From Candidatus Micrarchaeota archaeon (lineage in GTDB: Archaea; Iainarchaeota; Iainarchaeia; Iainarchaeales; 1-14-0-10-31-34): a DNA stretch of 49,032 nucleotides. The stretch covers positions 1-49,032 of the forward strand of contig JAHJUD010000046.1 in the NCBI GenBank assembly GCA_018829335.1. Reading direction: 5' to 3'. The notes beneath the pieces are model-generated. The model had not been told where the DNA came from and made no database searches. It saw nothing but the letters and a program-made list of their open reading frames with translations. The stretch's first letter is position 1. Each line of letters starts with the position of its first letter. Shown here in pieces: positions 42,421-49,032 of the stretch. A program made the position numbers and the translations under genes.

Positions 42421-42735
42421 ATGAAAATGACAATAAAAAATTTTCGCAGAGGAAGAAGAACACAGCATACAAACCAGTTTGTTTTAGTGCATGATTCCGT
42501 TGACTCAAAAACAAAAGCAGCAAAATTAATTGGAAGCAAAGCAGAATGGAAGACTTCAAGCGGCAAAATAATTAAAGGAAAAATAACAAGAATTCACGGC
42601 GGAAAAGGCGCAGTAATAGCAAGAATGGAAAAAGGCCTGCCTGGAACTGCAATAAGCACAAAAATGAATGTAATTGAAAAAAAAACAACAGCCAAAACAA
42701 AAACTACTGCAAAAAAAGAAAAGAAAAAACAATAA
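42421..42735 (+). CDS. rpl35ae: 50S ribosomal protein L35Ae (eL33) with Lys/Thr-rich tail
   Basis: NFRRGRRTQHTNQFVL...AAKLIGSKAEWKTSSGKIIKGKITRIHGGKGAVIARMEKGLPG. The ATG at 42421 behind AGGAG is preferred over the track start at 42385. Confidence 0.85.
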   Translation: MKMTIKNFRRGRRTQHTNQFVLVHDSVDSKTKAAKLIGSKAEWKTSSGKIIKGKITRIHGGKGAVIARMEKGLPGTAISTKMNVIEKKTTAKTKTTAKKEKKKQ

Positions 42736-42766
42736 CACTATTTAATTATAGGAAAAGCGGTTTATA

Positions 42767-43471
42767 ATGGCTGAATTCGATAAAGAGTTTTTTGAAAAAT
42801 GCATGTTCAAAGACAAAGGTTATGTTTCCTACGAAGAAGCATTTGCTTTGCCTGAAGCAAAAAAATACATTCAAAAAATACTGGGTTCTGCACTAAAATA
42901 CAAAAAAAAAGGAAATTTTCTTGACATAGGGTGCGCTTTTGGTTATTATTTAAAAGAAGCATCAAAAACATTTAATGTATTTGGAGTTGATGCATCAGAG
43001 TATGCAATAAAAAAAGCCAGAAAAAATCTTGACTGCCCTAAAGAGAATTTAATTGCATGCAATGCAGAAAATCTTCCATTCAAAAATAACTTTTTTGACG
43101 TAATTATTTCAATTCATTCAATAGAACACATCAAAAACTACAAAAAAGTATTAAAAGAATGCAATAGAACACTAAAAAAAGACGGAATACTTGTGTTAGA
43201 TATCCCGACAAAATTATTTGAATTCCCTCATTTTCTTAATCCGACAAAAAAAACTGTTTTCAGCATAAACCAATTCCTAAAAAAAATAGGTTTAGGAAAC
43301 AAAATACAATTTGTTTTTGACAAAACACATGTTTCATCTCCTTATCCTTGGACTATAGCAAGAGAAAAATACCTTGAGCTGTATTTTAAGGCAATAGAAA
43401 TAGAGCCAGAAAACAAATTCAAGCAATACTTTTCATCAGGGTTTACAATAATTGCAAAACCAGTGAAATGA
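42767..43471 (+). CDS. Class I SAM-dependent methyltransferase
   Basis: Motif I LDIGCAFGYY, plus FDVIISIHSIEH. Confidence 0.75.
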   Translation: MAEFDKEFFEKCMFKDKGYVSYEEAFALPEAKKYIQKILGSALKYKKKGNFLDIGCAFGYYLKEASKTFNVFGVDASEYAIKKARKNLDCPKENLIACNAENLPFKNNFFDVIISIHSIEHIKNYKKVLKECNRTLKKDGILVLDIPTKLFEFPHFLNPTKKTVFSINQFLKKIGLGNKIQFVFDKTHVSSPYPWTIAREKYLELYFKAIEIEPENKFKQYFSSGFTIIAKPVK

Positions 43472-43672
43472 AAAAAATAACTGCCAATCCAAGAACTACT
43501 TTTGATTTACAAATACTTCAAGCAGTTTTCCTTTTTCTCCACCAACAACAGGCAGATTCCTTTTTTTTGCCTGCCGTCCAATCCTTTTGAGAATTCTTTC
43601 AGACTTATCAATATCAACTACCTAAAAAAACTTTAGATAAAAAAGAATAAAAATAGTTAGGTTAGCCTAATT

Positions 43673-44422
43673 TCATTTGGCTATGGCGATGAGGGTTATA
43701 ATGTAATCTCCTTTTTCTATTGTAGTGTTTGGATAAGGCACAACTTTAACCAGTTCAACAGTAAAACCGCCAAAATGTTTTACCCCTAATTCATCAAAAT
43801 CTCTTTTTTTGGTTAAAATGAATGATTCTGGTTCATTTTCTTTTTCTGAAACACTTAATTCAACTTTTACTTGCCCTTCCCATACACAAACAACATCTTC
43901 AGGGCATCTTGAATCCTCTAACACATCCAAAAAAGTTATCTCAATGTCTTTCTCCCCAATTACTGCAGTCTGGCCTTTTTTGAGCTTGAAAAGATCGTCT
44001 AGATTTGCATTAATAACATCTGACAAAACTTGAACGCATTTATTGTTTTCACAGGAAAGTTTTTCCTCAAAAGGAGTGCATTCATACAGGCATAATTCGC
44101 ATTCTTCATTATATTGAACAATTTTTTCTTTTAATGGATTTAAATCTGCGTTTTTATTTACAAAGTTATAACAGCCAAAAGGACAGGAAGCCTGCTGCCA
44201 TACAACACAATCAACATCTTCTTCACAGTAATTCACTGAATTTAATTCTTCTTTTATTTCCTGTTCTAACTTATTGCAGTCTGTCTGAAAATTGTTTTGA
44301 TCAGAATTAGTGTCCAACCCATTAGTGTCATTTGAATTCAAGTCATTTCTGTTTCCTTGAGAACAGCCAAAAAAGAACACAATTAAAACAAAAAATAAAA
44401 CCAAAGGAATAAACTTTTGCAT
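43673..44422 (-). CDS. Lipoprotein-like secreted Cys-rich protein
   Basis: Lipobox-like FFFGC. Its Cys module CEEDVDC...CPFGC...CENNKCVQ is homologous to that in 26765-27124. The C-terminal domain contains EDSRCPEDVVCVWEG. Confidence 0.65.
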   Translation of the reverse strand: MQKFIPLVLFFVLIVFFFGCSQGNRNDLNSNDTNGLDTNSDQNNFQTDCNKLEQEIKEELNSVNYCEEDVDCVVWQQASCPFGCYNFVNKNADLNPLKEKIVQYNEECELCLYECTPFEEKLSCENNKCVQVLSDVINANLDDLFKLKKGQTAVIGEKDIEITFLDVLEDSRCPEDVVCVWEGQVKVELSVSEKENEPESFILTKKRDFDELGVKHFGGFTVELVKVVPYPNTTIEKGDYIITLIAIAK

Positions 44423-44465
44423 TATTAGATTTTAGTTGGAATAATATTTAATTATTTGTTTTTGT

Positions 44466-44810
44466 TCAGTAAAAAGGCAAAAACAATGAAACAACAACAG
44501 AAATTACTGCAGAAAGAATCCAGATCATAAACGCTTTTCCAAAACCTATTTTGTAGACAAATTTTATTATAAAAAGCCTTAAAAACAATGCAATAATAAG
44601 AAACAATGGAAGGAAAAGCAGGAAAGACAATAAAACTGAAAGAAAAAAAGAGAAAAGAAATTCCCCTAAAACAACGCCTAAAACAAGAGAAATTAAATTC
44701 ACAGTAACTGCTTTCTGGGCAGTGCTGTAATGCACGCCTAAAAAATTGGCTGCATAAAACAATACAATTGTATCAATTACAAACCCTACAGCCAAAAAAA
44801 TTAAGTCCAC
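44466..44810 (-). CDS. Small multi-TM membrane protein
   Basis: 114 aa, very hydrophobic. Its layout resembles that of the neighbouring 99-aa ORF. Confidence 0.5.
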   Translation of the reverse strand: MDLIFLAVGFVIDTIVLFYAANFLGVHYSTAQKAVTVNLISLVLGVVLGEFLFSFFLSVLLSFLLFLPLFLIIALFLRLFIIKFVYKIGFGKAFMIWILSAVISVVVSLFLPFY

Positions 44811-44851
44811 AGGAAAAATACGCTGAAGAACTATAAATAGCTTTTGTGGTT

Positions 44852-45151
44852 TCAGGAAACAAACAAAGAAACAAAAAACAAAACTATTCCAATATCAAGC
44901 CACAAAGAAAAAGATTTTGTAAAGCTTGTCTTGTAAAGAAAACTGATTAAAAAAACAGCAAACAAAATTAAAGCAAACAATAATGCAAAAGATTCAGCAT
45001 ACAAAAAAACAAAAGGAATAAACAAACCAGAAAAAAAAGCAAGCAATAAAGCTTTCCATAAACTGTTTTTTTCTAATTCAAGAAAAGCTGCAACTAAATA
45101 AATTATAATCCAAGTTGCAATAAACCCAAAACTAAACGAAAACTCAATCAT
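44852..45151 (-). CDS. Small multi-TM membrane protein (probable paralogue of 44466-44810)
   Basis: 99 aa, hydrophobic. Confidence 0.5.
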   Translation of the reverse strand: MIEFSFSFGFIATWIIIYLVAAFLELEKNSLWKALLLAFFSGLFIPFVFLYAESFALLFALILFAVFLISFLYKTSFTKSFSLWLDIGIVLFFVSLFVS

Positions 45152-45191
45152 GTTCAGACCAAAAAAAAAGAAAAAAGGAAAAAGGAATTAC

Positions 45192-45353
45192 TTATTTCCT
45201 TTTTCTGGTTCTGACTGACTTTCTTTTGACAGCTTTTGCTTTGGTTTTGACTTTAACTGAAGTTCTTGCTTTATTGACTCTCAGTTTAGTCTGGTTAAAT
45301 CCTAAATTGGTTTTAACCCCATTGAAAAAAGCTGTTATTCCGTTGAAATTCAT
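45192..45353 (-). CDS. 53-aa basic protein (MNFNGITAFFNGVKTNLGFNQTKLRVNKARTSVKVKTKAKAVKRKSVRTRKRK)
   Basis: Below the track cutoff. GGAGGG lies 5 nt upstream of the ATG. 54 codons including TAA, hand-checked. It is downstream of tfb on the same strand. Confidence 0.45.
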   Translation of the reverse strand: MNFNGITAFFNGVKTNLGFNQTKLRVNKARTSVKVKTKAKAVKRKSVRTRKRK

Positions 45354-45436
45354 TTTATCCCTCCATTTAAATACTATCAGAATTATGTTTTCAATTGGCT
45401 ACATAACGTACAGCCAAAAAAAAAGAAAAAAGTGGT

Positions 45437-46339
45437 TTAAGCAACCACCTCAATATTTAATCTTTTTTTGAGTTCCCTGTACCTGTTTCTAATTGTTACT
45501 TCAGTTACTCCGGCAACATTTGCAACCTCTTTTTGGGTTCTTCTTTCCCCTTTTAAGAGTCCTGCAATATATACTGCTGCTGCTGCAACTCCTGTAGGGC
45601 CTCTTCCTGAAATCAACCCGTTTCCTATTGCTTCTTCCAATATTTTTCTTCCTTCTTCTTGTACTTCACCTGAAAGGTTTAATTCAGAGGCAAATCTTGG
45701 AATATAATGGATCGGGTTAGTTAAAGGCACTTCTAATTTTAATTCTCTTACAAGAAATCTGTAAGTTCTTCCAATTTCTTTTTTGGTTAAACCTGAAGCT
45801 TCAGCCATTTCATTTAATGTTCTTGGAACATGGTATGTTCTGCAGACAGTGTATAATACAGCCGCTACAACTGCTTCAATTAGTCTTCCTCTTATTAGTC
45901 CTTTTTTTACTGTTTTTCTGTATAATAAGGCTGCTGCTTCAACCAATGATTCTGGGATGTTTAAGTATGAAGCAACCCTTCTTAATTCAGTTAAAGCAAT
46001 TGAAAGATTTCTCTGCATTGAACTTGAAATTGAAGCTCTTTTATGCCATTTAATTAATCTATACATTTGGGCTCTGGATTTAGATGAAAGCTTGTTTCCT
46101 CTTAAATCTGTTCCCCTTCTGTCAATCATTGTAACTAAACCCTTGTTTAGTTTAACATATTTCATTGGGCTTCCAGTTCTTGCTCTTTCTTCAAATTGAT
46201 CTGAATCAAAGCTTCTCCATTCTTTTCCTTGGTCTATTTCGTCTTCTTCTAAAATTAACCCGCAGTTCTGACAGATTAATTCTCCTTTTTCTGTGTCTTT
46301 TCTTACTTTATTGCTCTTGCATTCTGGGCATTCTACCAT
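45437..46339 (-). CDS. tfb: Transcription initiation factor IIB (TFB)
   Basis: Zinc ribbon CPECKS...CQNCG, two cyclin-fold repeats and a C-terminal HTH (VANVAGVTEVTIRNRYREL). There is an AAGGTGA SD. Confidence 0.92.
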   Translation of the reverse strand: MVECPECKSNKVRKDTEKGELICQNCGLILEEDEIDQGKEWRSFDSDQFEERARTGSPMKYVKLNKGLVTMIDRRGTDLRGNKLSSKSRAQMYRLIKWHKRASISSSMQRNLSIALTELRRVASYLNIPESLVEAAALLYRKTVKKGLIRGRLIEAVVAAVLYTVCRTYHVPRTLNEMAEASGLTKKEIGRTYRFLVRELKLEVPLTNPIHYIPRFASELNLSGEVQEEGRKILEEAIGNGLISGRGPTGVAAAAVYIAGLLKGERRTQKEVANVAGVTEVTIRNRYRELKKRLNIEVVA

Positions 46340-46523
46340 TAAAATTCACCTTCTTTTATTAAAAAAAACATTATTTTTTTCACGCTATAAAATGCTAATG
46401 GAATTCAATATACATCTAAAAATGATAAGGAAATAGCATAGCACTATATAAATAGCAGCTTAGGTTATATAAAAGGCTTTTGGTTCAACCCCTTTATAAA
46501 TGAAAGTTAGGGAAAGCTAACTT

Positions 46524-46751
46524 TCAATAAAATTCTTCTCTTGGTTTTCCTGTCTGTTTTATAATGTACTTTATGACAAACACTGACACAGTCCTGTGCA
46601 TCGGAACCCATGTTGTCTTTATGTCCCCGCTTAACTCTGTTTTTTTGAATGTTATGTGCTTTCCTGTTCTTACCTTCCTGAAACCATTTCCTTCAAGAAT
46701 CTTTATTACTTTATTTTGCGTCAGCGACCGAAGCCCTGCTATAATGCACAC
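46524..46751 (-). CDS. hicA: HicA-family toxin (second copy)
   Basis: KVIKILEGNGFRKVRTGKHITFKK...TTWVPMHRTVSVFVIKYIIKQ. The start is uncertain: a GTG at 46751 overlaps hicB by 41 nt. Confidence 0.7.
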   Translation of the reverse strand: MCIIAGLRSLTQNKVIKILEGNGFRKVRTGKHITFKKTELSGDIKTTWVPMHRTVSVFVIKYIIKQTGKPREEFY

Positions 46752-46989
46752 CTAACTCAATAGGCACATTTATGACAGAAGCATAAACTTTTTGGATGGT
46801 TTTAATTGATGGTTTTTTTGTGTCAGGGTCATTAAAGTATTCTTCAATTAATTCCTGCATGTTTTCTTTTACTTCTTTTTCAGTTTTTCCCTGAGTGGCT
46901 ATTCCAAGTAAAGGACAGGCTGCAGTAAACCATTTTCCTTCCCTGCTTAAAAAAACAGGCAAAGACATATTCTTATTTTTGTTTTTCAT
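46711..46989 (-). CDS. hicB: HicB-family antitoxin (second copy)
   Basis: LPVFLSREGKWFTAACPLLGIATQGKTEKEVKENMQELIEEYF is paralogous to 41910-42137. Confidence 0.7.
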   Translation of the reverse strand: MKNKNKNMSLPVFLSREGKWFTAACPLLGIATQGKTEKEVKENMQELIEEYFNDPDTKKPSIKTIQKVYASVINVPIELGVHYSRASVADAK

Positions 46990-47137
46990 AATGCTTCCTC
47001 ATAAACTATGCCTTAAAGCAAATTTAAACGTATTGGCATAAATAGCTTTTACTACGTCAATAAACGAAAGAAACGCATTTTAACAGGGAAATTAACTAAA
47101 ACTTAAAATCACTTTGCAACAAGTTCTTTAAGATAAA

Positions 47138-48163
47138 ATGGGTACTGCTTTAGGCGACTTAATAGAAAAAGAAGTCATTGAATTAGATTCATTAGAAAAC
47201 AAGACAGTAGGCATTGATGCATTTAATGCATTATACCAGTTTCTTTCAAACATACGAGGGCAGGACGGAAGCCCTTTAATGGATTCAAACGGAAACATTA
47301 CATCTCATTTAACCGGCTTGTTTTACAGGACAACAAACCTGTTAGGCAGGAACATTAAACCTGTTTTTGTTTTTGACGGAAAACCCCATGAATTAAAGGA
47401 AAAAACAAGGCAGAAAAGAAGGGAAATAAGGACATCAGCAGAAAAAAAAATGCTTGAAGCACAAAAAAAAGGGGATTTAGAGACAGCAAAAAAGTTTGCC
47501 CAGCAAACTTCAAAACTAACAAAAGAAATGATTGAAGAAGCAAAAAAATTAGTTGAATTCATGGGACTGCCTGTAATTCAGGCTAAAGGCGAAGGAGAAG
47601 CACAGGTTTCAGTCATGACAGAAAAAGGAAAATTAGACGGATGCGTAAGCCAGGATTATGATGCACTGCTTTTTGGCACACCAATTTTGTTCAGGAACAT
47701 TACAATAGGCGGGAAAAGAAAAGTTCCTGGAAGGAATATTTACATTGACTCTTACCCTGAAAAAATTGAATTAAATAAAGTCCTTGAAAAAAACAACATT
47801 GACAGGAAAAAACTTGTGTGGATTGCAATATTAATTGGAAACGATTTCAACGAAAAATTCCCTAAAATCGGGCCTAAAACTGCATTAAAGTTAGTGAAAG
47901 AAAACAATTCTTTTGAGGAAATAATCAAACAGACGGGTTTTGAACCTGAATTTGATTTCAGGGAAATAGAAAAAATCTTTTTAGAACCAGAATACAACAA
48001 AGATTATTCAATCAAGTTTTCTTCTCCTGACAGAGAAAAAGTAAATGAATTATTATGCGAACAGCATCAATTCAGCAAAGAAAGAGTAAAAAACACTTTA
48101 GACAAACTTGAAAGAAAACTTGAAGAAAAAGGACAGCAAAGCTCTCTAGGGAAATGGATGTAA
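47138..48163 (+). CDS. fen: Flap endonuclease 1
   Basis: GIDAFNALYQFL, PVFVFDGKPHELK, GEGEAQ, SQDYDALLFG and GIGPKTALKL-like (IGPKTALKLV). Confidence 0.92.
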   Translation: MGTALGDLIEKEVIELDSLENKTVGIDAFNALYQFLSNIRGQDGSPLMDSNGNITSHLTGLFYRTTNLLGRNIKPVFVFDGKPHELKEKTRQKRREIRTSAEKKMLEAQKKGDLETAKKFAQQTSKLTKEMIEEAKKLVEFMGLPVIQAKGEGEAQVSVMTEKGKLDGCVSQDYDALLFGTPILFRNITIGGKRKVPGRNIYIDSYPEKIELNKVLEKNNIDRKKLVWIAILIGNDFNEKFPKIGPKTALKLVKENNSFEEIIKQTGFEPEFDFREIEKIFLEPEYNKDYSIKFSSPDREKVNELLCEQHQFSKERVKNTLDKLERKLEEKGQQSSLGKWM

Positions 48164-48168
48164 AAAAA

Positions 48169-49032
48169 TTACTTTACATTAACTTTTGTTATTACAAAAA
48201 TTATTATTCCTATTATGAGTATTGCTGCGAGTATTGGTGTTATTGTTTGGTTGGTTTGTGTTGGGCATTGGTCTGTTGGATTATCAATGCATGAATTCCA
48301 GTTTCCGTTTGTGCAGGTTTGTGTTCCTGAACAAGAATCGCTTGTTGTACAGGCTCTTGTTTCTCCTGTTATGCATTTAACTGACGCATAAATTATGCTT
48401 TTTGTCTGATAACCTGTTTTTTTTGCTGTTATTGTTTGTGTTCCTGAGAGTTCTGTGAAAATAACAGTGCCTTCAATGCCTGTATTTTTTGTTTCGTTTC
48501 CATACATTACTTCTGCATTCTCCAATGGTTGTTCTTGCAGGTTTGTTATTTTGACTGTTACTTCGTTGTTTGACACGCTTGTCGTAATCTGCAATTCTTT
48601 TATTGCAGGAGTACAGTCTTGCGGGCAGGTTGTCTGGTTTTCTTCTGGTTGTTCACATTTTGTGTTTCCACAGTAAGGAGTAGTAATATTTAATTCAATA
48701 ATTTTATTTCTATAACCTGTTTTGCTTGCAGTCAAAGTAATGTATTCTTTTTGTGTTTTTAGTTTTGCTTTTCCTTCAGTATTAGTATAATAGTTTTTCA
48801 AAGCATAATTGATTTTCACATTATTCAAAGAAGCGCCTGCTTTGGTTTTAACTGTTACAGTAAAATCTTGCAAGTCTTTTAATGGTTGAGGTTCAACTGT
48901 AAGAATTAATTCTTTCAAGTTTGTTGTTGTCGGACAACCATCTCCTGTAATATCAGCACAAGAACCCCAACTCTCATTCACACAAGTTTGAATTCCAGCA
49001 CACCCTTGGCTTGTAGTGCATGCCTGTGTTAC
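48169..49032 (-). CDS. Cys-rich surface protein with two CarboxypepD_reg-like beta-sandwich repeats and C-terminal TM anchor (N-terminus outside window)
   Basis: The frame is open to the window edge (VTQACTTSQGCAGIQTCVNESWGSC...). It has repeats ending ...ASKTGYRNK and ...AKKTGYQTK, and ends in ILAAILIIGIIIFVITKVNVK. Confidence 0.7.
   Translation of the reverse strand, partial: VTQACTTSQGCAGIQTCVNESWGSCADITGDGCPTTTNLKELILTVEPQPLKDLQDFTVTVKTKAGASLNNVKINYALKNYYTNTEGKAKLKTQKEYITLTASKTGYRNKIIELNITTPYCGNTKCEQPEENQTTCPQDCTPAIKELQITTSVSNNEVTVKITNLQEQPLENAEVMYGNETKNTGIEGTVIFTELSGTQTITAKKTGYQTKSIIYASVKCITGETRACTTSDSCSGTQTCTNGNWNSCIDNPTDQCPTQTNQTITPILAAILIIGIIIFVITKVNVK

Noticed and set aside
43496-43618. 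Minus-strand open frame VVDIDKSERILKRIGRQAKKRNLPVVGGEKGKLLEVFVNQK-stop between the methyltransferase and the lipoprotein gene
   Set aside because: There is no in-frame start codon after the preceding stop, it is only about 40 codons, and I could defend no family match. It may be a gene remnant but is unsupported.
45226-45471. 81-aa plus-strand ORF between the membrane genes and tfb
   Set aside because: It has no SD, overlaps the tfb 3' end, and its product is hydrophobic and low-complexity. The 53-aa minus-strand ORF with a GGAGGG SD is preferred.
1-49032. Search by eye for tRNA, rRNA, RNase P/SRP RNA, CRISPR arrays, transposases and integrases
   Set aside because: I found no GC-rich structured intergenic segment, cloverleaf-like sequence, regular repeat-spacer array or recombinase motif. 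A covariance-model scan (tRNAscan-SE, Infernal) would be needed to exclude small RNAs.

Overview
An AT-rich window (about 30% GC by eye), densely coded on both strands. The informational genes are archaeal: TFB, FEN1, diphthine synthase, Trm5 and ribosomal protein L35Ae. Composition, small genes and many secreted Cys-rich proteins suggest a DPANN-like archaeon, but that lineage call is inference. Most of the window is housekeeping. There is a folate/methyl-cycle cluster (glyA, metF-like, a split metE, YggS-like, folC, tmk, and later ahcY). Purine genes are purS-purL-purQ plus an intein-containing purD. The rest includes nth, dphB, trm5, adk, nfo, galE, scpA and scpB, iscS-iscU, rnhB, tfb and fen1. 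I found no rRNA, tRNA or CRISPR array by eye. The most unusual region is 32.3-35.1 kb. The 3' end of scpA is duplicated, and a 17-nt core (AAATATTCATYAGCTTA) occurs three times, bounding two tandem cassettes with no integrase. Cassette 1 looks GC-richer and carries a translationally coupled three-gene operon. Its last gene encodes a minimal caspase/gingipain-like (clan CD) His-Cys protease, preceded by two tiny unrecognised proteins. This is my best candidate for an undescribed conflict or defence module. Cassette 2 carries a small membrane protein and an auto-inhibited Fic AMPylase behind three iteron-like repeats. Other notable items: a LAGLIDADG intein inside the GPxTGxMG motif of PurD; a four-gene surface-protein operon with an 11x 17-aa two-Cys repeat; two hicAB pairs; a GNAT gene interrupted by one in-frame TGA; a decayed asparaginase-like gene; a split MetE; a tandem PurS; a self-contained 20-aa poly-lysine micro-ORF; and a 40-nt tandem duplication across the galE stop codon. 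All coordinates and motifs were hand-derived; no searches were run.
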